Source: an uncultured Ulvibacter sp. (GTDB lineage: Bacteria; Bacteroidota; Bacteroidia; Flavobacteriales; Flavobacteriaceae). Taken from it: 64,000 nt of DNA. Below, piece by piece: positions 29,641 through 39,995 of the stretch (positions are counted from its first letter, which is position 1; the number at the start of each line of letters is the position of its first letter). Made by a program: the position numbers and the translations under genes. The DNA lies in assembly GCA_938083445.1 (NCBI GenBank), contig CALKCP010000001.1:22141-86140 (forward strand), in the 5' to 3' direction. The notes beneath the pieces are model-generated. The model was given only the letters and a program-made list of their open reading frames with translations, had not been told where the DNA came from and did not search any database.

Positions 29641-30531
29641 CTAATTGATTAGAACCTTAAAAGTCCTTTGCTTGAAAAGTAAATCATAAGCTACAAGAAG
29701 ATAAACACCACTCCCATAACCAGAAAAATCTAATAAAAGGCTGTGCTCTCCGCCATTCGAGATCGATTGAAGTCTTTGGCCGCTCAAGTTGTATATATCT
29801 AGCAATCGCACGGAAGTTGTATTCAATAATTGACAATGGTTGTCTTGCCCCGTGTTCACAACAGTAAGTGCATCAAGGGTTGAATGGTTCAATGAATTGC
29901 TTAAAATTACGGGCTCACAACCACCTATAGAATCTAGGTTTGAATAGAACAATTCACCATTTTTAAAAAAGCAACTCAAGTGTCCCGCGCCATTAATATC
30001 TGGATCTCCACTAGGTGCATTAATTAGTGACAAAGAACCTACTCCTTCAATCCAAGTAGCGTTTGTTGCACTAATAGGGTTTGTCGCAGTGGGAGAAAGA
30101 TAAAAGTGACGATACTCGTTCCCATCTGCGAGTGGACGATTTATGATAGAATCTAATCTATAATAACCAGCCTCTTCTGGAAAAGGTGAAATAGGATTTA
30201 GCATAGGTATCGAGTCGCCAATAGTCAACGAAAAATCATATAGTAAATATTCTTCGTTCATGGCACCGTCAACAAGGGTTAGAGAAACCTTTTTAGTCGA
30301 AACCTCTTCATGAAGCAAGAAAGTTCGTGATATATAATGAGATCCATCTAAAACCTTATAAACCTTCCCGTTTACGGTGGTATCTCCATCCGTATAGTAT
30401 ACGTCTGTCAAGCATCCAAAATAGCAGGATGTAACATGCCATTCATTAAAGTTATCAAGTAGAGGCTTATAATCCTGGGCTGACATGGTCATACAATAAC
30501 TCAGAAAACTAAAAACAAGTACTTTTCTCAT
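29641..30531 (-). CDS. Secreted protein with T9SS type A C-terminal sorting domain
   Basis: Signal peptide from ATG at 30531; WIEGVGS motif; CTD motifs IYNLSGQ, SGVYLL, KVLIN. Confidence 0.8.
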   Translation of the reverse strand: MRKVLVFSFLSYCMTMSAQDYKPLLDNFNEWHVTSCYFGCLTDVYYTDGDTTVNGKVYKVLDGSHYISRTFLLHEEVSTKKVSLTLVDGAMNEEYLLYDFSLTIGDSIPMLNPISPFPEEAGYYRLDSIINRPLADGNEYRHFYLSPTATNPISATNATWIEGVGSLSLINAPSGDPDINGAGHLSCFFKNGELFYSNLDSIGGCEPVILSNSLNHSTLDALTVVNTGQDNHCQLLNTTSVRLLDIYNLSGQRLQSISNGGEHSLLLDFSGYGSGVYLLVAYDLLFKQRTFKVLIN

Positions 30532-30580
30532 TGTAATTTTAGAATTGAATTCATAATTCAGTCTCAAATGATTCCATTAT

Positions 30581-32089
30581 TTAAAATAAAAGGTCATCAT
30601 CAATTGAGAAGCTTTTCAAAAAATGTATCGAAGCTTGAATATCATCAGACATCAAACGATCTTCTTCCATAAAAGGCGACACCTCTCTAAATGATGCTAT
30701 AAAGGACTCAATAAATGGCGATGACTTTTTTGGACTTCTAAATGCTAATGCCTGTGATGCATTCATTAATTCTATCGCTAAAATAGTTTCAATATTATCT
30801 ATGATGCGCAAACATTTGGTAGCCGAGTTTGCCCCCATACTCACATGGTCTTCCTGCCCGTTTGAAGAAACAATTGAATCGATAGAAGCCGGAGAAGCCA
30901 GTTGCTTGTTTTGACTTACAATACTAGCCGCTGTATACTGCGGTATCATAAAGCCACTATTAAGGCCGGGGTTATTTACCAAAAAGGCAGGTAAACCACG
31001 AAGTCCTGAAATTAACTGGTAGGTTCGTCTCTCCGAGATACTTCCTAATTCTGCCATTGCGATTCCTAAATAATCCAAACCAAGAGCTAAGGGCTGCCCG
31101 TGAAAATTTCCTCCAGAAATAATAAGATCTTCACCCACAAATATATTCGGGTTATCCGTTACTGAATTAATTTCAGTTTTGATGGTCTTAGCGACAAAAG
31201 AGATAGTGTCTTTTGTAGCCCCGTGAACCTGAGGAATACAGCGAAACGAATAAGGATCTTGTACATTGTTCTTTTTAGATGATGCAATCTCACTGTTCTC
31301 CAGAAAAGTAATAATTTGCTCTGCAGTTTGAACCTGACCCCTGTGCGGGCGCACCATATGAACTAATGGATTATAAGGACTCAAACTACAATTAAAAGCA
31401 TCCGCTGAAATGGCTGCTATAAGGTCTGCCAGATATGATAATTTGTAACTTTGTAGCAAGCAATGCACTCCAAAAGCACTCATAAATTGAGTGCCGTTTA
31501 GCAATGCCAATCCTTCTTTGGCTTGCAGTTCAATTGGTTTCCAATGGTACTTTTTAAGTATTATTTCGGAATCCACAATTGCATCTTCAACGTAGACAGA
31601 TCCCTTTCCTAAAAGGGGTAATGATAAGTGAGCCAAAGGCGCTAAATCTCCAGATGCTCCCAAACTTCCTTGGGAATAAATTACCGGTAAAATATCATTA
31701 TTATAAAAATCAACTAAGCGTTGAACCGTTTCTAATTGAACCCCACTATAGCCATAACTTAATGATTGAATTTTAAGCAATAACATCAATCTAATAATAG
31801 GTTTTGCAACCTTCTCACCCGTTCCACAAGCATGAGAAAGCACTAAGTTCTCCTGAAGGTGCGTAAGTTTTTCAGATGAAATTTTCACGTCACACAAAGA
31901 TCCAAATCCAGTATTAATACCATATACGGGAGTCTCATTATCAGTTAATTTAGAGTCCAAATACGCTTTCGATCTTTTGATTATTCGTACGGCCTCCTCA
32001 GAGAGTTCTAATTTTTTTTTGGCATCTACTATGCCCTTAATTATTGGTAAGTCAAGTATTTCAGGACTGATATAATGTACCTCTTGCAT
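30581..32089 (-). CDS. hutH: Histidine ammonia-lyase
   Basis: YGINTGFG, MIO-forming GASGDLAPL, QDPYSFRCIPQVHG, NGQEDHVSMG; ATG at 32089 preferred. Confidence 0.96.
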   Translation of the reverse strand: MQEVHYISPEILDLPIIKGIVDAKKKLELSEEAVRIIKRSKAYLDSKLTDNETPVYGINTGFGSLCDVKISSEKLTHLQENLVLSHACGTGEKVAKPIIRLMLLLKIQSLSYGYSGVQLETVQRLVDFYNNDILPVIYSQGSLGASGDLAPLAHLSLPLLGKGSVYVEDAIVDSEIILKKYHWKPIELQAKEGLALLNGTQFMSAFGVHCLLQSYKLSYLADLIAAISADAFNCSLSPYNPLVHMVRPHRGQVQTAEQIITFLENSEIASSKKNNVQDPYSFRCIPQVHGATKDTISFVAKTIKTEINSVTDNPNIFVGEDLIISGGNFHGQPLALGLDYLGIAMAELGSISERRTYQLISGLRGLPAFLVNNPGLNSGFMIPQYTAASIVSQNKQLASPASIDSIVSSNGQEDHVSMGANSATKCLRIIDNIETILAIELMNASQALAFRSPKKSSPFIESFIASFREVSPFMEEDRLMSDDIQASIHFLKSFSIDDDLLF

Positions 32090-32197
32090 GCTTGTGAAAA
32101 TGTTTACAAGCAAAAATACCAATTTATGTTAAGGTTTTACCAATTTTTACAAACTCATTAAATAACTCGTATTTTTGATTATCAAAAACCAAATCCA

Positions 32198-33226
32198 ATG
32201 AAATATTTATTTCTAATAATACTGGCTATTGCAGTAACTGCATGTCAAAAAGAGACAAAAGACTATGTCACCTTTTCAGGGAAAATCACAAACAAAAACA
32301 GTGATTCCATAGTGATACGAACACGCGGTTTTTCCCAAACTATAAAAGTACAGAACGACGGTACTTTTACCGATACCTTAAAGGTAAAAGCAGGGATTTA
32401 TAATTTCTATGACGGTGGAGAATCGACCAATATATTCCTAAAAAACGGATTTGAGATCACGATGACATTAGACACTGAGATGTTCGATGAGACGGCTAAA
32501 TATGAAGGGAATGGTTCTGAAAACAGTAATTTCTTAGCTGAGAAGTCACTCCTTGAAGAAAAACTAATGGATGTGAATTTTGGCGATTTAGATGAACAAG
32601 GCCTGGACAAGACGTTCGTCGGAATAAAATCTGAAATTGTTGCATTTATCAATGCATCAAAAGGTTTGGATACGATGGTAACCAATACAAGCTTACGCAA
32701 TGTTGACGGGATGATAGAAGGTAACAAGGGGTATTTTGCTGGTATTTTAGCTATGAAAAAAGCCTTACCTAAAGGGGCTCCCTCACCTACTTTTGAAGGT
32801 TTTGAGAACTATAATGGTGGTGAAACATCTATGGATGATTTAAAGGGGAAATACGCATACATTGACGTTTGGGCTACCTGGTGTGGGCCTTGTAAAGCAG
32901 AAATCCCGGCATTGAAAGAACTTGAAAAAGACTATCACGGAAAAAACATTCAGTTTGTGAGCATGTCTATTGACGACGACAGATCACACAAAGGCTCCTG
33001 GGACTTAGCGAGGCAAGATTGGAAAGCCATGGTTGCCGATAAGGAACTTGGCGGAATTCAAATATTTGCTCCAAAAGGTTGGGAAACAAAATTTATTCAG
33101 GAGTATAAAATAAAAGGGATTCCAAGATTTATTTTAATTGATCCAAACGGAAATATTGTCAATGCAAGTGCACCTAGGCCTTCAGATCCGGCCCTTCGAA
33201 TTATGTTTGACGAATTAATGATGTAG
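32198..33226 (+). CDS. TlpA-family thiol:disulfide oxidoreductase lipoprotein
   Basis: Lipobox AVTAC, WATWCGPC, IKGIPRFILID. Confidence 0.92.
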   Translation: MKYLFLIILAIAVTACQKETKDYVTFSGKITNKNSDSIVIRTRGFSQTIKVQNDGTFTDTLKVKAGIYNFYDGGESTNIFLKNGFEITMTLDTEMFDETAKYEGNGSENSNFLAEKSLLEEKLMDVNFGDLDEQGLDKTFVGIKSEIVAFINASKGLDTMVTNTSLRNVDGMIEGNKGYFAGILAMKKALPKGAPSPTFEGFENYNGGETSMDDLKGKYAYIDVWATWCGPCKAEIPALKELEKDYHGKNIQFVSMSIDDDRSHKGSWDLARQDWKAMVADKELGGIQIFAPKGWETKFIQEYKIKGIPRFILIDPNGNIVNASAPRPSDPALRIMFDELMM

Positions 33227-33257
33227 CTGTAGGTTGCAAAAAAAAACACGAAACTAG

Positions 33258-33294
33258 AAACACGCCCTTCAAAACCATATTGAAGGGCGTGTTT
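33258..33294. terminator. Bidirectional terminator
   Basis: AAACACGCCCTTCAA-AACCATA-TTGAAGGGCGTGTTT, perfect 15-bp stem between convergent genes. Confidence 0.88.
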
Positions 33295-33297
33295 ATT

Positions 33298-34848
33298 TTA
33301 TGAAGGTTCTTCTTGAGTTTCTTCTATTGGATCTGGTTCTTGTTCAAACAAGGCCAAGTAGGCTTTTCCAATAGCGTTACTAATATCACTTGCCATCAAT
33401 GACTCAAATCCAATTTCTTGAGTGATCAGGTTTCCTGCGCTTCCGTGCAAATAAACACCCAATACAGCCGCTATCAGAGGCTCATAGCCTTGAGATAGTA
33501 ATCCGCAAATCACCCCCGACAATACATCGCCGCTACCTGCAGTTGCCATTCCTGGATTTCCGGACGAATTTATAAAAAGTGTATCATCTCTAACAATCAT
33601 ACTGTTCGCTCCCTTAACAACGACGATAACCTCATATTTTCGAGAAAATTCTTTCACTTTTCTAAGTCGATCGTAGTCATTTGTCCATGTTCCAATAAGA
33701 CGTTCTAGCTCCATTAAATGGGGCGTAAGAATAGAGTTCTTTGGAATTATTTTCAATAAAGAAGTTTCTATAGAAATACAGTTCAGTGCGTCTGCATCAA
33801 GAACCATTGGTGATGTGGTTTTCTTTAACAAATTCTCCAAAGCAACTATGGTTTCAGAATCTGTTCCAATACCCATGCCAATCGCAATAACCTTCGGCTC
33901 AAAATCTACAGAAATTGATGTGATAGAAGTTTCATTGGTATCTGTGATGACCATCGCTTCTGGTAATGCCGTTTGTAAAATTGAATACCCACATTTCGGA
34001 ATAAAACAACTCACAAGACCGGCTCCTGCTCTAAAAGCACCGTTCCCAGCTAAAATAACTGCCCCTATCTTACCATAACTACCCCCAATGATCAAGGCAT
34101 GACCATAATTCCCTTTGTGAGTAAACTTCTCTCGTTGTTTATAAAACGTTTGTGCCTCTGTTTTTGTAATTAGATTTGCTAAGGGTTCTGTCTTTAGCAG
34201 ATAGTCAGGGTCCAAGCCCACATCCAACACTTCAAAGTAGGGTACTAATTTTCCAGTATCGGGTAAAAAGAAAGAAAGCTTTGGCGCCTGGAATGTGAGG
34301 GTGTGATTTGCCTTAAGTATTGCATCTAGATCTTCCTGCGGAGCGTTCGCATACAAACCACAGGGCATGTCAATCGATAATTTAAAAGATTTCAAAGCAT
34401 TTAAATAGTGGACCAACTTCAATACCCAACCATCTAAGCATCTATTTAATCCAATACCAAAAATAGCATCGATAATAATATCATCTTCTTCAATTTTAGG
34501 AAAATCTTTTTCAGAAGTCAATAATACAGGCCACGAATTGCTTACGTTCTTTATCCTGTCATAATTGATCAGAAAATTACTAGACCGTTTATCGCTGCAG
34601 TTTACGACAAACATATGTACGTTATAGCCACTCTCAATAAGCAGACGGCCAACAACCAATCCATCACCCCCATTGTTCCCAATACCGCAAAAGATATGAA
34701 TTGGGACTTGAGCTCCTTGCATACGATGATGCAGCCAATTAAAAACTTGACTTCCTGCTCTTTCCATCAAATCGGCGCTGGAAATTTGCTGTTTTTCAGT
34801 CGTAATTTTGTCTGCCTCGTTTAATTGTTCCGAAGAAAATATTTTCAT
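33298..34848 (-). CDS. nnr: Bifunctional NAD(P)H-hydrate epimerase/dehydratase
   Basis: LMERAG, GNNGGDG, HKGNYG, DADAL, TPHLME, GMATAGSGDVL. Confidence 0.95.
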   Translation of the reverse strand: MKIFSSEQLNEADKITTEKQQISSADLMERAGSQVFNWLHHRMQGAQVPIHIFCGIGNNGGDGLVVGRLLIESGYNVHMFVVNCSDKRSSNFLINYDRIKNVSNSWPVLLTSEKDFPKIEEDDIIIDAIFGIGLNRCLDGWVLKLVHYLNALKSFKLSIDMPCGLYANAPQEDLDAILKANHTLTFQAPKLSFFLPDTGKLVPYFEVLDVGLDPDYLLKTEPLANLITKTEAQTFYKQREKFTHKGNYGHALIIGGSYGKIGAVILAGNGAFRAGAGLVSCFIPKCGYSILQTALPEAMVITDTNETSITSISVDFEPKVIAIGMGIGTDSETIVALENLLKKTTSPMVLDADALNCISIETSLLKIIPKNSILTPHLMELERLIGTWTNDYDRLRKVKEFSRKYEVIVVVKGANSMIVRDDTLFINSSGNPGMATAGSGDVLSGVICGLLSQGYEPLIAAVLGVYLHGSAGNLITQEIGFESLMASDISNAIGKAYLALFEQEPDPIEETQEEPS

Positions 34849-35085
34849 ATAAAGTGATATTATTTAATGCTCAGTTGCGTAAAAATAATACTTTTACGCC
34901 TTTAATACGATGAAAAGAAAAATCTTCCATATTAATTTTAGTTTTGAAAACACCATTTTTTGGAGTGCTTCAACAAACCGCGCTATTACCCCCGTCGGGG
35001 TATCTATTTAAACATATCATCTTAAGTTTATTTTTCTTTTACTGAAAAAAGAGAATACATTATTATTCAATTTACAAGTACATAT

Positions 35086-37524
35086 ATGAAAGTTTTAAAA
35101 TTTGGAGGAACGTCTGTAGGAAGCGTTGAAAATATTGAGAAAGTAATTTCAATTATAGAGGTAGCTTCTCAAGAGAATAAAATTGCTGTTGTAGTTTCGG
35201 CTTTTGGAGGTATCACGGACCAATTAATCCAGGCGGGAGAACTGGCAGCCGCAAAGGATTCTAGTTATGTAGCCTTATTTAATAGTATCAAAGAACGGCA
35301 TCTGTTGGCAGTATCTAAACTGCAAATCGAAGAAAAAAGTCCCAAGCTTCTAGAGAATATCCTCAATAGGTTAGAAGAATTACTAAAGGGAGTATTTTAT
35401 ATCAATGAATTATCCCCAAGAACAAAAGATCGATTGGTCGCCTTCGGTGAATTATGTTCTTCCCTAATAATTGCAGAGGCGATGCAAGCCAAAGGGCTCG
35501 ATTCAAAAAGAAAAAATGCTACCGAATTAATCATAACACAGACTGAAGGAACGCTAAATTCGGTGAATCTAAAAGTATCGAATAACAAAATAGTGTCTTA
35601 TTTTTCAGACAATAAGGAAAGGATCACAGTTCTTCCTGGTTTTGTATCTGCAGATGAGTTAGGGGAAGTTACAACTTTAGGAAGAGGCGGATCCGATTTC
35701 TCAGCTGCACTTATCGCAGCAGCAACAAATGCTTCAGAATTACAAATATGGACCGACGTGAGCGGAATGTACACCGCCAACCCCTCCATAGTGCAACAAG
35801 CGCGTCCAATTAAAAACATATCTTATCAAGAAGCTATGGAGTTATCACATTTTGGGGCGAAAGTTCTGTACCCGCCAACGATTGTTCCTGTAATGTTAAA
35901 AAACATACCAATTGTTATTAAAAATACTTTTAAGCCCGATGATAGAGGCACTCGAATTGCAAATGGGAATTTAAAGACTAGAAAGTCGGTAAAAGGTATA
36001 AGCAATATCGAAAACATTGCTTTACTAACGCTTGAAGGAAACGGAATGGTTGGGGTGCCTGGAATTTCAAAACGGTTATTTGAAACCCTTTCACAGCAAT
36101 TTATAAATATAGTCTTTATAACTCAGGCCTCTAGTGAGCATAGCATTTGTCTTGGCGTTCTTAAAAGTGATGCAGAAATCGCAAGTAAAGCTGTTAATAC
36201 GGCGTTTGAATATGAAATTCAATTGGGTAAAATAGATCCACTGATAGTTGAAACCGATCTTTCGATAATCGCTCTCGTTGGTGATAACATGAAAAACCAT
36301 CAGGGAATTAGTGGGAAAATGTTTAGCAAGCTGGGCAAAAACAATATCAATATTAGAGCAATAGCTCAGGGAGCCAGTGAAAAAAACATCTCTGCGGTAA
36401 TAGATAAGAAGGATGTTAAAAAAGCGCTTAATGTTTTACACGAGCGTTTTTTCGAAGATCAGTTTAAACAAATCAATTTATATATCGCAGGCGTTGGAAA
36501 TGTTGGTGAAAAACTTTTAAACCAAATAGCTGAGCAAAGTCAATATTTAAAAGAAAAACTTCGTTTAAATGTAAGAGTTCTTGGAATCACAAATTCTAGA
36601 ACAATGTATTTCGATTCTGAAGGAATTCTACTCGAAAATTGGAAAGAAAAACTTTCGGGAGGTTCAAAAAGTAGTATCCAAGGTTTTCACGATAAAATTC
36701 TCGAGGATAACAGACGAAATAGCGTGTTTGTTGATGTTACGGCCAACTCTGAAGTCGCAAGTAGTTACGCTTCATACTTGAAAAAAAGTATCGCAGTTGT
36801 AGCTTGTAATAAAATAGCCTGCTCTTCAGATTATACGAAATATGAAGAGTTAAAAAGCCTATCGACCGAGTATAACGCACCTTTTTTATTCGAAACAAAT
36901 GTTGGTGCGGGATTACCTATAATTGACACTTTGAGCAATCTAATGGCCTCGGGTGATGAAATTATTAGCATTAAGGCAGTTCTTTCTGGAAGTTTAAATT
37001 TTGTTTTTAACAATTATAAAGAAGGGGTTTCTTTTCACGATGTCGTGAAGCAAGCTCAGGCTGAAGGTTATACAGAACCAGATCCAAGAATTGACCTTAG
37101 CGGAGTAGACGTAGCTCGAAAGATTTTAATTTTAGCTAGGGAAAGCGGATTAAAGATGGATTTAAATGACGTTACTAACCTACCGTTTCTAACAAATAAA
37201 AACCTTGAAAGTAATACAGTTGATCATTTTTACGAAACATTAATAGAAGATGATTCACATTTTCAGCAGCTGCTAGCAACCGCGAATGAAAATGGCAGTC
37301 GACTTAAATATGTGGCTCAACTAGAAAATGGTAAATTGAAAGTTGGACTTGAAGAAGTACTTCCATCCCATCCTTTTTATAATTTAGAAGGGAAAGATAA
37401 TATTGTATTATTCTATACCAACAGATATCCCGAGCAGCCCCTTATCATTAAAGGTGCTGGTGCTGGTGGCGATGTAACTGCTTCTGGATTATTTTCAGAT
37501 ATTATACGAATGAGAACTTATTAA
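35086..37524 (+). CDS. thrA: Bifunctional aspartokinase/homoserine dehydrogenase I
   Basis: KFGGTSV, TLGRGGSD, two ACT domains, GVGNVG, ETNVGAGLP, GAGAGGDVTA. Confidence 0.97.
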   Translation: MKVLKFGGTSVGSVENIEKVISIIEVASQENKIAVVVSAFGGITDQLIQAGELAAAKDSSYVALFNSIKERHLLAVSKLQIEEKSPKLLENILNRLEELLKGVFYINELSPRTKDRLVAFGELCSSLIIAEAMQAKGLDSKRKNATELIITQTEGTLNSVNLKVSNNKIVSYFSDNKERITVLPGFVSADELGEVTTLGRGGSDFSAALIAAATNASELQIWTDVSGMYTANPSIVQQARPIKNISYQEAMELSHFGAKVLYPPTIVPVMLKNIPIVIKNTFKPDDRGTRIANGNLKTRKSVKGISNIENIALLTLEGNGMVGVPGISKRLFETLSQQFINIVFITQASSEHSICLGVLKSDAEIASKAVNTAFEYEIQLGKIDPLIVETDLSIIALVGDNMKNHQGISGKMFSKLGKNNINIRAIAQGASEKNISAVIDKKDVKKALNVLHERFFEDQFKQINLYIAGVGNVGEKLLNQIAEQSQYLKEKLRLNVRVLGITNSRTMYFDSEGILLENWKEKLSGGSKSSIQGFHDKILEDNRRNSVFVDVTANSEVASSYASYLKKSIAVVACNKIACSSDYTKYEELKSLSTEYNAPFLFETNVGAGLPIIDTLSNLMASGDEIISIKAVLSGSLNFVFNNYKEGVSFHDVVKQAQAEGYTEPDPRIDLSGVDVARKILILARESGLKMDLNDVTNLPFLTNKNLESNTVDHFYETLIEDDSHFQQLLATANENGSRLKYVAQLENGKLKVGLEEVLPSHPFYNLEGKDNIVLFYTNRYPEQPLIIKGAGAGGDVTASGLFSDIIRMRTY

Positions 37525-37525
37525 A

Positions 37526-37662
37526 ATGGAATAAAAGTGTTTTAACCTGCATCGATTGCCAACCTAAATTGTGAATTTGACGTTTTAGGGGTATCATTAG
37601 AGGGTATCGGAGATGAAATAACCCTTCGGAAAGTTCCACAAAAAGGTATAAAGATTACCAAT
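37526..37662 (+). pseudogene. thrB: Homoserine kinase 5' remnant
   Basis: Corrected frame reads ME-IKVF*PASIANLNCEFDVLGVSLEGIGDEITLRKVPQKGIKIT; 1-nt frameshift after ATG GA, in-frame TAA at 37543-37545, truncated after about 45 codons. Confidence 0.88.
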
Positions 37663-37694
37663 AAGGATATGATGCATAACTACGCCTTAATTTA

Positions 37695-37702
37695 TACATT
37701 TG
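37695..37702 (+). promoter_or_regulatory. -7 promoter element for gcvT
   Basis: TACATTTG matches TAnnTTTG, 22 nt upstream of the ATG. Confidence 0.6.
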
Positions 37703-37724
37703 TAAGCATAAAAAATGAATTAGA

Positions 37725-38807
37725 ATGAAAAATACGGCACTCACACATATACACGAAAGTTTAGACGCTAAATTGGTCCCTTTTGCGGGGTACAACATGC
37801 CAGTGTCATATGAAGGTATTAACCTAGAACACGAAACAGTTCGCAAGGCAGTTGGTGTTTTTGATGTTTCTCATATGGGAGAGTTTCTAATTGAAGGCCC
37901 AAATGCATTAGAGCTCATTCAAAAAGTAACTAGTAATGACGCTGCTAAATTGGTAGATGGGCAAGCACAGTATAGTTGTTTCCCTAATGACAAAGGAGGT
38001 ATTGTGGATGATCTCATTGTTTATCGCATGCATGATGACAAGTGGTTACTCGTTGTAAATGCATCCAATATAGAAAAAGATTGGGACTGGATTAGCAGTC
38101 ATAATACAATGGGTGCTAAAATGACGAATCTTTCTGAAGCATATTCATTGCTGGCAATACAAGGGCCTAAGGCTATCGAGGCGATGCAATCGTTGACTTC
38201 AGAAGACCTAAATAGCATTGGTTTTTACACCTTCAAAGTGTCAGATTTTGCGGGAATCAAGGATGTTATTATTAGTGCAACGGGCTATACCGGAAGTGGC
38301 GGTTTTGAAATTTACTGCAAGAACGGTGACGCAGAACACATTTGGAATAAGGTAATGGAAGTAGGTTCAGGTTTTGGAATAAAACCAATAGGTCTGGCTG
38401 CTCGCGACACACTACGACTGGAAATGGGATACTGTCTTTACGGAAACGACATTAATGATACCACCTCGCCTATCGAAGCTGGTTTGGGTTGGATTACGAA
38501 ATTTACAAAGGACTTTATAAATGCTGAAGGTCTTAAAAAAGAGAAAGAGCAGGGTCCCGAAAATAGGCTCATCGCTTTTGAATTAAATGAGCGCGGGATT
38601 CCAAGACAAGGCTATGACATTTTGGATGGTAGTGGTCATAAAATTGGCCTTGTAACAAGCGGAACCATGTCACCATCACTAGGCAAAGGTATTGGAATGG
38701 GATATGTGAAGCAGAATTTTAAAACTCCTGGAACTGAATTGCATATTCAAATTCGCAAGAAGGCTGTCCCAGCAACGGTTATCAAACTCCCATTTTACAA
38801 AGGTTAA
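37725..38807 (+). CDS. gcvT: Glycine cleavage system T protein
   Basis: [40 protein letters not shown]. Confidence 0.97.
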   Translation: MKNTALTHIHESLDAKLVPFAGYNMPVSYEGINLEHETVRKAVGVFDVSHMGEFLIEGPNALELIQKVTSNDAAKLVDGQAQYSCFPNDKGGIVDDLIVYRMHDDKWLLVVNASNIEKDWDWISSHNTMGAKMTNLSEAYSLLAIQGPKAIEAMQSLTSEDLNSIGFYTFKVSDFAGIKDVIISATGYTGSGGFEIYCKNGDAEHIWNKVMEVGSGFGIKPIGLAARDTLRLEMGYCLYGNDINDTTSPIEAGLGWITKFTKDFINAEGLKKEKEQGPENRLIAFELNERGIPRQGYDILDGSGHKIGLVTSGTMSPSLGKGIGMGYVKQNFKTPGTELHIQIRKKAVPATVIKLPFYKG

Positions 38808-38809
38808 AC

Positions 38810-39652
38810 TTGAATAAAATTCTTATCCTTGGCGCTAGTGGCTTTATCGGTCGCAGTATTTACTTAGAGTTACAGTCATATTTTGATGTATTTGGAACCT
38901 ACTGCTCAAATGACAAAGACTATATAAACAATCAAGTTTACTTTAAATACTGCCTGGAAGAAGGGAAACTAGACACGATTCTTCAGACAGTCCAACCAGA
39001 TATAATTATTTCTTCACTTAAAGGGGATTATAAGCTCCAATTCGCAGCACATAGGCAATTATGTGACTATATAAGTGGCCATCGTGGTGCTCGAATTATC
39101 TATATATCATCGAAAAAGGTCTTTGATGGAAAGTACACCCTTCCCTCCTATGAGAATGATGAACCTCTGGCAGAAAGCGACTACGGATTGTTTAAGGTTT
39201 CTATAGAAAAAATGTTATCCAAACACATCCCTGTGCAAACCATTATTTTGCGGTTGCCCATGGTTTTAGGTTTTCATTCTCCACGAATACTCCAGCTTCG
39301 GCAGGCTATCAAGTACAAAGCCACTTTCGAAATTTACCCTAACTTAACAATTAGTGCTACTACTGTAGATAAAGTGGCGCAACAAATTCACTATATTATT
39401 AGCAAAAAATTAGACGGAATTTTTCACCTTGCTAGCGATGACATGGTTCATCATGATGATTTATTTAGAGATATCACTTCAAAAATTGGAGATAAAAAAC
39501 CTATCTTTAAAAATGTTTTTAGGAGAGATAAGAATGAATATTTAGCGATTCTTCCGAAGAAAAATAAATTGCCAAAACAGTATCGCATCAGTGTTGCTAA
39601 GGTCATCGAGGACAGCACACTAAGCGAAGAAATAACTACATTTAAAAATTAA
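38810..39652 (+). CDS. RmlD-like NAD(P)-dependent sugar-nucleotide reductase (extended SDR)
   Basis: GASGFIG, SSKKVFDG, YGLFK (YxxxK). Confidence 0.8.
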   Translation: MNKILILGASGFIGRSIYLELQSYFDVFGTYCSNDKDYINNQVYFKYCLEEGKLDTILQTVQPDIIISSLKGDYKLQFAAHRQLCDYISGHRGARIIYISSKKVFDGKYTLPSYENDEPLAESDYGLFKVSIEKMLSKHIPVQTIILRLPMVLGFHSPRILQLRQAIKYKATFEIYPNLTISATTVDKVAQQIHYIISKKLDGIFHLASDDMVHHDDLFRDITSKIGDKKPIFKNVFRRDKNEYLAILPKKNKLPKQYRISVAKVIEDSTLSEEITTFKN

Positions 39653-39656
39653 GAGT

Positions 39657-39938
39657 ATGAAAGCATTCACTGAGTTCGAAGTACAAGCACGAATGTCAAC
39701 GATAGACGGATGGGAATATAATGAAAATGCAATCCATACTTCTTTGGAGTTCAATGACTTTAAGGATGCCTTTTCAGTGATGACGCGCATCGCCTTTGAA
39801 GCTGAAAAACTAAACCACCACCCAGACTGGTCTAATGTTTATAAAACACTGAATATCACATTATCCACACACGATGCAGGTGGGTTAACTCAAAAAGATT
39901 TTGAATTGGCCAAGATTATTGATGCTTTGGTAAGTTAA
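39657..39938 (+). CDS. phhB: Pterin-4-alpha-carbinolamine dehydratase
   Basis: AEKLNHHPDW, LSTHDAGG. Confidence 0.92.
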   Translation: MKAFTEFEVQARMSTIDGWEYNENAIHTSLEFNDFKDAFSVMTRIAFEAEKLNHHPDWSNVYKTLNITLSTHDAGGLTQKDFELAKIIDALVS

Positions 39939-39995
39939 ATGTATCTGTGATGCATATTTTTATATTTTTGTTGAATAGATAAAAAATAATTTACA

